Below are positions 28,084 through 36,395 of a stretch of DNA of 64,000 nt, one piece after another. Position 1 is the first letter of the stretch. Each line of letters opens with the position of its first letter. Both the position numbers and the translations under genes were made by a program. Under the pieces are notes generated by a model. The model saw only the letters and a list, made by a program, of their open reading frames with translations, was not told where the DNA came from and did not search any database. The DNA is from Candidatus Curtissbacteria bacterium (GTDB lineage Bacteria; Patescibacteriota; Microgenomatia; Curtissbacterales; GWA2-41-24): positions 15,332-79,331 of the forward strand of contig JANLHP010000022.1 of the NCBI GenBank assembly GCA_024654445.1, read 5' to 3'.

Positions 28084-30007
28084 TCTTGTCTAAAACTTTT
28101 TTAACTAATTTCGCTATCGAGCCAGAATCTAATTGGTGGTGTTTCAAAACATCCAAATTTTGGCCGCACACGGGAACTTCTTTCAAGCCAAGTGAAATTA
28201 ACTTTTCAGGCCGCACCTTAAGTTTTAAAATCGCAGAAGCAATCATGTCCCCCTGACCCATTTTCAAATAGTGATTATCTATTGTAAAAATTACCGGGAA
28301 TTTTGCAACAACCTTTTTCAGCCAGTTGCTATCAATCTCATTTAGCCAGGGTAAATTATACACGCCAACAGACAAATTTTGAGCAACAACGCTACGGGCA
28401 GCTTTATATGCTTCACTAAGCATCACAGGACCATAAGAAATAATAGCGACATCGTGGCCCTTCAAAATCTCAACTCCACGACCTTTTTGGAGATGATAAT
28501 TTGCACGTAGACTGTAAGGAATTTGACAAGGGACGCTGACGAGCCTTATATAGGTGCTTCCGCTATTTTTTTCGACCGCCCACCTTATGGCGATTCGAGC
28601 CTCTTGCTCACACGAAGGTTCAATGATTGTAAGATTAGGTATGCTTCCGAGAGTTGAAATATCTCTCACACTTTGATGGGAGTGACCGGGACCACCGGGA
28701 ACAAGACCAGCAAGCGACCCAACATAAATAATTTTTGTATTTTCCGTCGCATTGTTGTAAATTTGCTCATTCGGTCTTGTAGATAAAAAACAAGCAAAAG
28801 AGTGAACAACGGGCAACTTCCCTGACAACGCAAGTCCTCCGGCCATAGAAGCCATATGTTGTTCCGCGATTCCGCACTCAATATACCTTTGCGGGAATTT
28901 ATTTTTAAACGGTATAAGTCCGGTGTCTAAAACCAGATCCGCGTCCATGGCTATGATGTTTTTATTTCTTCTTGAAATTTTTACAAGTTCATCCCCATAC
29001 GCTGTAACTAACCTTTGTGGTTTTTCAAAAACAGTTCTTACGGGCAGATCTGTTGTGTCAAATTTAATTGCCTTCAGCCCAAATTTCTCCAGTTTCAAAT
29101 TTATTCTTTTTGCGATTTCCTTTTGCGCACTCAAATAAATTTCAATAGCAGGCGCCCCGCTGTGAAATTTGTAATATCCGTCTTCTCCCACCTTTTCCAT
29201 AAACGAAACACCCTTGCCTTTTACCGTATCGGCAATTAGGATTTGTGGTTTATTCTTGACCTTTGCAAATTTATCAAACACTCTCTTAAGCTGGCCAAAA
29301 TCATGACCGCTGCATCTTTCAACTTCCCAACCAAACGCTTTTAATTTACCTTCTAGGTCTCCAAGATCACTAACGTCTCTAACCCAGGTATCGGATTGGA
29401 TTTTATTGTGGTCGACAATTACCGTGATCTCATTAAATTTTCCGTTTACGGCAGGTTGAAGCGATTCCCAAAAAGCGCCTTCTTGCAATTCTCCATCGCC
29501 ACACATAACGTAAACCTTCCCGGATTTACCGTCCATTCTCCTTGCCTTCACCATTCCCATCGCTTTCGAAACACCCATCCCCAAAGAACCAGTATTTGCA
29601 GCAATATAAGGCGTATTCACATCTGGATGACCTGGAAGGCCATCAACCTCCCTTAATTTATGGATAAAATTAAAAGAAATTCGTTCACTGCCAATCAATA
29701 TACTGTATAGAGCAGGAACGTCGTGACCTTTCGAGGAAAAATAAATATCAAAATTGTTCCTCTGCCATTCGTTTGGAAACTTAAGTTGATGAAGCCACAA
29801 CCAAGTTGCTATATCTATTGAGCTAAAACTGGTTCCGACGTGCCCAGATCCAGCTCTCTCTATCATATAAAGAGTATTTATTCTAAAAATATCAGAAAGT
29901 ATCTGGCAAAAATGTTTGGGATTTTTTACTCGCGATTTTATTCGCTTAATTTCACCTATTGGAGTATATGATAATTTTCTATTATATTTCGAATCCTTTT
30001 TTGGCAT
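28070..30007 (-). CDS. Transketolase-like TPP enzyme (N- and C-terminal halves fused).
   Basis: N-terminal TPP-binding domain (GSGHVGTSFS, GDGELQEG) plus a Pyr domain and the transketolase C-terminal domain. Confidence 0.8.
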   Translation of the reverse strand: MPKKDSKYNRKLSYTPIGEIKRIKSRVKNPKHFCQILSDIFRINTLYMIERAGSGHVGTSFSSIDIATWLWLHQLKFPNEWQRNNFDIYFSSKGHDVPALYSILIGSERISFNFIHKLREVDGLPGHPDVNTPYIAANTGSLGMGVSKAMGMVKARRMDGKSGKVYVMCGDGELQEGAFWESLQPAVNGKFNEITVIVDHNKIQSDTWVRDVSDLGDLEGKLKAFGWEVERCSGHDFGQLKRVFDKFAKVKNKPQILIADTVKGKGVSFMEKVGEDGYYKFHSGAPAIEIYLSAQKEIAKRINLKLEKFGLKAIKFDTTDLPVRTVFEKPQRLVTAYGDELVKISRRNKNIIAMDADLVLDTGLIPFKNKFPQRYIECGIAEQHMASMAGGLALSGKLPVVHSFACFLSTRPNEQIYNNATENTKIIYVGSLAGLVPGGPGHSHQSVRDISTLGSIPNLTIIEPSCEQEARIAIRWAVEKNSGSTYIRLVSVPCQIPYSLRANYHLQKGRGVEILKGHDVAIISYGPVMLSEAYKAARSVVAQNLSVGVYNLPWLNEIDSNWLKKVVAKFPVIFTIDNHYLKMGQGDMIASAILKLKVRPEKLISLGLKEVPVCGQNLDVLKHHQLDSGSIAKLVKKVLDKNGKN

Positions 30008-30745
30008 TTACAAGTTATTTTTTAAAACTAGCTCTGCGAGCTGAAAATCAATTTCATTATCTATATCAACAGAACTGTTCTCATCAAGCATCACAAACCT
30101 TATGCGTTTACCAGTTAACAATTTATCTTTCATTAAAGTTTCGTATCTTACGGCAATAACGTCTACATGGGCAAACGCCTGCGGCAAGAGTTGTCTGGCA
30201 ATATTAGAAGGCTCATTAAAACCTGTTAATTCTTTCGGCACAAAAGGTTTTAATTCCACGCCGTCAACACGCCAGAGCTTGTAAGGATGTTTAGGGGCAG
30301 TTTTAATAGTTCTTGCGGAAGTTGCTTTTTTGTCATTTAACAAAAGCTCGATACATGCGTCAATAGAGTCTGTCCTACAAAGTGGAGCAGTAGGGGGGAG
30401 ACGCAAAATAATATTAGGGATCCAACCCTCATTTTTTTCAAGCCATCGAACCGCATGAGTAAGATAGGTAATATCATCCGCCCGATCGCCGGCGTACTTC
30501 TTCGGTCTTAAAAATGGGACCTCGGCCCCATAATTTTTCCCAATTTTTGCGTACTTATGACTATCAGTAGAAAGTACCAAGCGTGTAATATACTTTGATC
30601 TTTTAGCGGCCTCAATAATCCAAGCCATAAGCGGTTTTCCCAAAAGTGGTTTAATGTTTTTATTCGGAATACTTCTCGACCCGCTTCTGGCGCCGACAAC
30701 TCCAAGCACTTTTAAATTTTTGCCTTTAGATATTTTCTGGGTCAT
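30008..30745 (-). CDS. CMP-ulosonic acid synthetase (acylneuraminate cytidylyltransferase/KdsB family).
   Basis: GVVGARSGSRSIPNKNIKPLLGKPLMAW P-loop-like motif of NeuA/KdsB. Confidence 0.8.
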   Translation of the reverse strand: MTQKISKGKNLKVLGVVGARSGSRSIPNKNIKPLLGKPLMAWIIEAAKRSKYITRLVLSTDSHKYAKIGKNYGAEVPFLRPKKYAGDRADDITYLTHAVRWLEKNEGWIPNIILRLPPTAPLCRTDSIDACIELLLNDKKATSARTIKTAPKHPYKLWRVDGVELKPFVPKELTGFNEPSNIARQLLPQAFAHVDVIAVRYETLMKDKLLTGKRIRFVMLDENSSVDIDNEIDFQLAELVLKNNL

Positions 30746-32189
30746 GTTTTATATAAACAGTTTTCCATTCCGAATAAACATCCAGTGCCTCCGTTCCAGG
30801 TTCCCGGAACCCATTGCCGGAATTTTTAAATCCGCCAAAAGGCATGTGAGGCTCGCTACCATGAGTTGGCCCATTTATCGAAATAACACCCGCTTGTATT
30901 TCGCTTCTGAAAACTTCAGCACGATCAATGCTTTTAGTGTGAATTGCAGCAGTCAAACCATAAACTGAATTGTTTGCAAGCTTTAGGGCCTCTGCAAAAT
31001 CTTTCACCCTAAAAAGAATGGTGATGGGCCCAAAAAGCTCGTCTTGCGAAATACTAGCTCTCTCATTCGCGTTTTCAATAATCGTTGGCACCATATAATA
31101 CCCATTTTTATGACTGGAATCGACAAGTCGTAATCCTCCGCATAAAACTCTTACGCCTTCACTTCTAGCCTTCTCTACGGCAAGCAGCATTTGTTCTAGC
31201 TGTCCGCTATTTATAACAGGGCCTAAATCATCACTATCAGAGTTCCCTAATTTCAAATTCTTAGTTTTTACAACCAACATCTTCTTAAACTTTTCATAAA
31301 CATTGTCAAAAACAATAATCCTGCTTCCGGAGGCACACCTTTGGCCTGCATTCGAAAAAGCGGAAAGAACAGCAGCATCGCAGGCTGCGTCAAGGTCAGC
31401 GTCATCGCAAACTACAAAAGGATTTTTTCCTCCAAGCTCAAGACAAACCTTTGCAAGTCTTTCTCCAGCAGTACTTTGAATATACTTTCCGACAGGAACA
31501 GAACCTGTAAAACTTACAAGGTCGACTCGGCTATCCTCAACTAAAGCTACACCGGCTTCCTCACCAAATCCCAGTATTACATTGAAAATACCTAATGGTA
31601 ACCCCGCCTCTTTTAGCACCCTTGCAAACCAAATAGCGGTATATGGGGTATCTTCCGATGGTTTCATAACAGCGGCATTTCCACACAGAAGAGCGGGGTA
31701 AGCCTTCCATGCGACATTAGCAATGGGGGTGTTGGCGGCAACTATGAGGGCGCAAACCCCAATAGGGGAACGTACTGTCATCGCGAAACGATTTAAGACC
31801 GCGCTTGTTGTAGTCCTCCCGTAAAATCTTCGCCCCTCACCGCTTATAAAAAAACCAAGCTCAACTGCAGCCAATACTTCCCCCAAAGCATCTTTCAAAG
31901 ATTTGCCTGTTTCAACAGACACGATCTGCGCAATCTCTTTTCTCCTCTGACCCATAATTACAGTCGCGTTTCTTAAAATTAATGATCTTTCGACAACTGA
32001 AATTTTTCTCCAACCATCAAGTGCCTTTGATGCTACAGTAATAGCCTTATCAACATCCTGACCATTTCCTCTTGCAACATCCGCAATAACTCTTCCAGAA
32101 TCTGGGTTTATCTTTGAAAAAAAACGTTCTGAAGCAGAAGTAATTTCCTTATTACCTACAAAGTGAAAGATTTTCTTGGGATAAACCAT
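30726..32189 (-). CDS. NAD(P)+-dependent aldehyde dehydrogenase.
   Basis: ALDH signatures (LELGGKNP, FSNAGQRCASGSR with catalytic Cys, and the EELFGPI glutamate site). Confidence 0.85.
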   Translation of the reverse strand: MVYPKKIFHFVGNKEITSASERFFSKINPDSGRVIADVARGNGQDVDKAITVASKALDGWRKISVVERSLILRNATVIMGQRRKEIAQIVSVETGKSLKDALGEVLAAVELGFFISGEGRRFYGRTTTSAVLNRFAMTVRSPIGVCALIVAANTPIANVAWKAYPALLCGNAAVMKPSEDTPYTAIWFARVLKEAGLPLGIFNVILGFGEEAGVALVEDSRVDLVSFTGSVPVGKYIQSTAGERLAKVCLELGGKNPFVVCDDADLDAACDAAVLSAFSNAGQRCASGSRIIVFDNVYEKFKKMLVVKTKNLKLGNSDSDDLGPVINSGQLEQMLLAVEKARSEGVRVLCGGLRLVDSSHKNGYYMVPTIIENANERASISQDELFGPITILFRVKDFAEALKLANNSVYGLTAAIHTKSIDRAEVFRSEIQAGVISINGPTHGSEPHMPFGGFKNSGNGFREPGTEALDVYSEWKTVYIKHDPENI

Positions 32190-32202
32190 ACTTTAAAAAA
32201 GA

Positions 32203-33018
32203 CTATAAAGCGGTAAAGCCACCATCAACTTTAATATTTTCTCCTGTGATGTAACGAGATGCGTCAGAGGCCATAAAAACTAATGGGCCTGCGATATCTT
32301 CACTTCGAGCCATGCGACGCAAGGGAACCCGAGCGTTAAATTTTTTAACAAAACGTCTGTCTTGATTATTGAAAACCCCACCTGGAGAAATCACATTTAC
32401 CCTGACGTTATATTTGCCCCACATCACAGCAACATATTTTGTCAAATTCAAAAGAGCCGCCTTAGAGGGGCCATACATAGGTGGTTTCAAAAATGGAGGA
32501 TCCACATCTATATGATCATAAAAATGTGGATCAGGGGAAACCGAAGCGTACAGCGAACCAACATTAATTATTGATCCTTTTTTTGCCCTCGCCATTTCGC
32601 TTCCAAAAACTTGAATCATTAAAAAAGCGCCGAGGACATTAACTGTCAATATTTTTTCACCTATCTCGTATGGTATATCTTCAAATTTGTATCCCTCCTG
32701 AACTTTCGTCGGAGGTTGGTCAATTCCTGCGTTATTAACAAGAATTAAAGGAAGACCGAACTTTGTCTTGCAATCTAAAAATGCTTTTTCAACTTGTTTT
32801 CTGTTTAAAACGTCTGCCCTTAAAAGACCTAACTTATTGCCATATTCTTCCTGTAGGAGCGAAAAAGTTTTTGGAATCACCGCATATTTCTGATCCACAC
32901 CAACAACTGTTGCCCCAGCTTCCAGAAGGGCCCTCGACCAAACAGGCCCCAAAAGCCCAAGGGCCCCAGTAACAACGGCCACTTTCCCTTCCAGATTAAA
33001 AAGATTAAGAACTGCCAT
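32203..33018 (-). CDS. Short-chain dehydrogenase/reductase (SDR).
   Basis: VVTGALGLLG, NNAG, and YGPSKAA (YxxxK). Confidence 0.8.
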   Translation of the reverse strand: MAVLNLFNLEGKVAVVTGALGLLGPVWSRALLEAGATVVGVDQKYAVIPKTFSLLQEEYGNKLGLLRADVLNRKQVEKAFLDCKTKFGLPLILVNNAGIDQPPTKVQEGYKFEDIPYEIGEKILTVNVLGAFLMIQVFGSEMARAKKGSIINVGSLYASVSPDPHFYDHIDVDPPFLKPPMYGPSKAALLNLTKYVAVMWGKYNVRVNVISPGGVFNNQDRRFVKKFNARVPLRRMARSEDIAGPLVFMASDASRYITGENIKVDGGFTAL

Positions 33019-33511
33019 TTTTAGAAGTGACTATCAAATCGCATATTTCCCTAACCGCACCCAAACCCCCGGCTTTTTGCGTGATGTAAAGAGAAACAGC
33101 CTTTACTTCTTCGTATGCGTCTGAGACGCTAATTGGAAGTCCAACTGCAGTCATACACTCCAGATCATTAATATCATTTCCGACATAAGCAGTATTTTTG
33201 TGTTCTATGTTTAACCTTTTCAATAATTGTTCGAGAGCTAATCTTTTTTCATCTACACCGGTCAAGCATGGTATCTTTAGCTTTCTGCACCTCAACCTAA
33301 CTACAGGATTTTTCTCTTTTGAAATAACCCAGGACAATATCCCTGCCTTGCGTAGCTTAGAAAGGCCGATTCCGTCGCATCTATTACACCTAACCGCCTC
33401 GCTGCCGTCTTCAAATACCCAAACAGTGTTGTCTGTAAAAACGCCATCAAAATCGAAAACTACAAGTTTGACTTCCCGGGCCCTTACACCAACAAGCTGT
33501 CGTTTAGACAT
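33005..33511 (-). CDS. HAD-IIIA KdsC-type phosphatase (ulosonate-phosphate phosphatase).
   Basis: LVVFDFDGVFTDN motif I and GND motif IV. The size (168 aa) is typical of KdsC/Kdn-9-P phosphatases. Confidence 0.85.
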   Translation of the reverse strand: MSKRQLVGVRAREVKLVVFDFDGVFTDNTVWVFEDGSEAVRCNRCDGIGLSKLRKAGILSWVISKEKNPVVRLRCRKLKIPCLTGVDEKRLALEQLLKRLNIEHKNTAYVGNDINDLECMTAVGLPISVSDAYEEVKAVSLYITQKAGGLGAVREICDLIVTSKNGSS

Positions 33512-34571
33512 ACTCGAGCGTAAGTTCTTGATCAGGTCTCAAATTTACTTTCAATACTTTTCCGTAAAATTCTTCGGCGAGGTAAGGCGGAATACCTGTT
33601 CCAGGGGATTTAAATGCAAGATCGTCCTGTTTTATTTTCTGTCCCGCCAAGAGTTTTCGTGCGGCAACGACACTTTTACCCATTTTTTGCTTGCCCCCTT
33701 CCTCTTCTTCATACGCCTTCTTTATCCCGTCACCTAAAGCCTCTCTAACTCTTTTCAGATCCCTGACCAATTTTTTCATGCCAACGGGTTCCAAAGAAAA
33801 AGCATGATCTGTTCCCCTCATCGATCTGTCAAGCGTGAAATGCTTTTCAATAATTCTCGCTCCCATCGTATAAGCGACGGGGTCAACAGAAATACCATTA
33901 AAATGGTTTGAAAAACCAATAACGATATCTGGGAATTCTCTCCGGTAAGTTTCTATAACTTTTAGGTTCAATAAGTGAGCCGGAGCGGGGTAAACAGCAG
34001 TGCAATGTAGAATTGCTAGTTTTTTATTGTATTTGACAATTGTCTCGTAAGCCCGTCTGACGTCATCAAGTGTGCCCGTTCCCGTACTGACAATCATAGG
34101 TTTTTTAAACTTGGCGACGTATGAAAGTAGGGGAGTATTTGTAATATCGCCTGAAGCTATCTTAAAGCAGTCGACGTCGATGTCTTCGAGAAAGTCAGCG
34201 CTTTTGTGGTCGAATGCCGTCGCGAAAAAAATTAGTCCAAGTTTTTTTGCATGTCTTTTTAAATGGAGATACTGACGTTTACCGAACTCTAGTGCCTGTC
34301 TGTGTAAACCATAAGTCGGACCGAAGGCATTTTCGCTATTATAAGGGGAGTTAAAAAATTTTTGAGTGTATAAAAATCTATTATTTCTCTTTTGAAGTTT
34401 TACCGCATCGACCCCACAGAATTTCGCCATCTCGAACATTCTTTCACAAGTTTCGATGTCTCCTTGATGGTTATTCCCAATTTCTGCAACAACAAAACAA
34501 TCCGAGCCGTCCGAAATTAATCTATCGCCGATCTGTAGTTTTCTGTTTGAGGTTACTGAAGCTTTCGGCAT
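33504..34571 (-). CDS. neuB: NeuB-family (sialic acid/Kdn-9-P-type) synthase with a C-terminal SAF domain.
   Basis: FVVAEIGNNHQGD...GVDAVKLQK TIM-barrel signature plus a SAF antifreeze-like C-terminus. Confidence 0.85.
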   Translation of the reverse strand: MPKASVTSNRKLQIGDRLISDGSDCFVVAEIGNNHQGDIETCERMFEMAKFCGVDAVKLQKRNNRFLYTQKFFNSPYNSENAFGPTYGLHRQALEFGKRQYLHLKRHAKKLGLIFFATAFDHKSADFLEDIDVDCFKIASGDITNTPLLSYVAKFKKPMIVSTGTGTLDDVRRAYETIVKYNKKLAILHCTAVYPAPAHLLNLKVIETYRREFPDIVIGFSNHFNGISVDPVAYTMGARIIEKHFTLDRSMRGTDHAFSLEPVGMKKLVRDLKRVREALGDGIKKAYEEEEGGKQKMGKSVVAARKLLAGQKIKQDDLAFKSPGTGIPPYLAEEFYGKVLKVNLRPDQELTLEYV

Positions 34572-34718
34572 TGAAGTATGAAGTTGTAAACTTTACTTAC
34601 AATAGTACAGAGGCAATTAAAATGCAATATGGCAACTTTATTTAGTCTGTTGATCCTAACAAAAATACAAAAAAGTAATTAAAATTAGTAAATTTGCAAA
34701 AAATAAGTTTTGAAGAAA

Positions 34719-35630
34719 TTAACTAAAATCCCCATCCCAGCGTAAAATAGGCATTTTCGTTCCGAGGTTTTTCTTTATCATAACTACCCTGATTGGGAAC
34801 AATAGAACCCTTAAAAGAGGACTTCTTTCGACACTCGATCTAAACATTCTAAATCTTGACTTTAAATAGTTTTTAATCCGAAATGTATAATAAAACTTAG
34901 CCGAACAATATTGTTTCATCAGTTCATAAGAATCACGCTCTGCAAATTTTGAATTCTTAATTATTGTGCTGTTCGCCTTTACTTTATGCACAAAAAGGTT
35001 AACCCTGCAAAATCTAACTTTCCCTCCTCTCTCTAAGGATTGGAGGGCGTAAGCGACGTCAGAACTTACTCTTGATGGATATAAGCCGATTAAGGGGATG
35101 GAACTTCGCCTCGTTATAAACCCAACTCCGCATGCACCATAATTGAAAAAGTCCTCGTAATTTTTGCCGTATTCAATACCCGGAGGAACATAAACTTGTC
35201 TTATGTTTCTGCCGATCATTTTTGATCCACCGCAGATTAATAGATCGATATCCTTATTTTTTCCCAGAACCTTAATGGCTTTTTCCATCGCCTCCGGATA
35301 AATAATATCGTCGTCGCTTATATTTTTGATATATTTTCCTCTCGCTAGCATGATCCCCTTGTTGAAGGCATGTGTAGGGCTTATATCAGGTTCGGAAATA
35401 TACACATTTACAAGTTTTCTGTATTTTTTCATAAATGCAGCAGGATCAATTTTAGACAAGCTATCAACAACTATTAACTCATCTGATGAGTTCAAAAGCC
35501 CCTCGATATTTTTAAGTATTGCCTCGATCGATTTTCCTCTATTTTTAATTGTCAAAATATAGGAGATTCTTTTTTTTGAGTAGGAATCAAAACTTGGGCG
35601 CCCTTGCATCAGTGGAAATAAACTACACAC
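34719..35630 (-). CDS. GT2-family glycosyltransferase (GTG start).
   Basis: ISYILTIKNRG and SDDDIIYPE (DXD) GT-A motifs. Confidence 0.65.
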   Translation of the reverse strand: MCSLFPLMQGRPSFDSYSKKRISYILTIKNRGKSIEAILKNIEGLLNSSDELIVVDSLSKIDPAAFMKKYRKLVNVYISEPDISPTHAFNKGIMLARGKYIKNISDDDIIYPEAMEKAIKVLGKNKDIDLLICGGSKMIGRNIRQVYVPPGIEYGKNYEDFFNYGACGVGFITRRSSIPLIGLYPSRVSSDVAYALQSLERGGKVRFCRVNLFVHKVKANSTIIKNSKFAERDSYELMKQYCSAKFYYTFRIKNYLKSRFRMFRSSVERSPLLRVLLFPIRVVMIKKNLGTKMPILRWDGDFS

Positions 35631-35763
35631 GGACTAAAGTCCGTGGTTAGGCCCGGAGTCGAGTCTGACTCGACGAGGACCGCACGGCATTGTATATTTT
35701 GATATTCGCTCATAGATTCACCCTCGTCCGGGTTTAAAAGCCGAGGTTTTCTTGCTCATAATA
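35631..35763 (+). repeat. Intergenic repeat element, copy C (forward). It lies in the divergent region between the GT2 gene and gmhA, directly abutting the GTG start of the GT2 gene.
   Basis: Contains GACGAGGACCGCACGGCATTGTATATTTTGATATTCGCT and the ggactaaagtcc and gtcgag..ctcgac hairpins. Confidence 0.8.
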
Positions 35764-35789
35764 ATATCAGATCTTACTAGAAATTAAAA

Positions 35790-36395
35790 TTGATTTATGC
35801 AAAAATAGACTTCCTGTCCTCGCTAATGTCCGACCCAGATTTTTTTCATGACATAATCTCAGATCACGTTAAGGTTGTTCTCGAACTGCCAACAGAAGAG
35901 ATTAACGATTTAGCAGCCGACATTCAAGAAACTCTTAGGCGAGGCGGCAAAGTAATTTTCTTTGGTAATGGCGGTTCGGCTACTCAAGCTGCCCATTGGG
36001 CAGAGGAATTTGTCGGAAGATTTGTTAAAAAAAGAAAACCTCTCGCTTGCTTGGCACTTGGAACAAGCTCCGCCAACTTAACAGGAATCGCTAATGATTT
36101 CGGGTTCGATGAGGTATTCGCAAGAGAGTTGGAAGTTTTAGGAAACAAAAAAGACCTAGCAATAGGCGTATCAACATCTGGAAACTCGCCAAATATTTTA
36201 AACGGATTGCAAACTGCTAAGAAAAAGGGAATAAAATCCTGGATATTAACAGGCAAAAGTAAAAACAAAGCAAAAAAATTAGCAGACAAATCTCTTTCGG
36301 TCGCCTCGGACAAAACGGCAAGAATTCAAGAAATTCATGCTCTTGTAATCCACATGGTTTGCGAAAAGATTGACGAAAAAGTAAAAGCAAATTAA
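35790..36395 (+). CDS. gmhA: Sedoheptulose-7-phosphate isomerase (SIS domain).
   Basis: KVIFFGNGGSATQAAHWAEEF and STSGNS SIS motifs. Length is about 200 aa. Confidence 0.85.
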   Translation: MIYAKIDFLSSLMSDPDFFHDIISDHVKVVLELPTEEINDLAADIQETLRRGGKVIFFGNGGSATQAAHWAEEFVGRFVKKRKPLACLALGTSSANLTGIANDFGFDEVFARELEVLGNKKDLAIGVSTSGNSPNILNGLQTAKKKGIKSWILTGKSKNKAKKLADKSLSVASDKTARIQEIHALVIHMVCEKIDEKVKAN

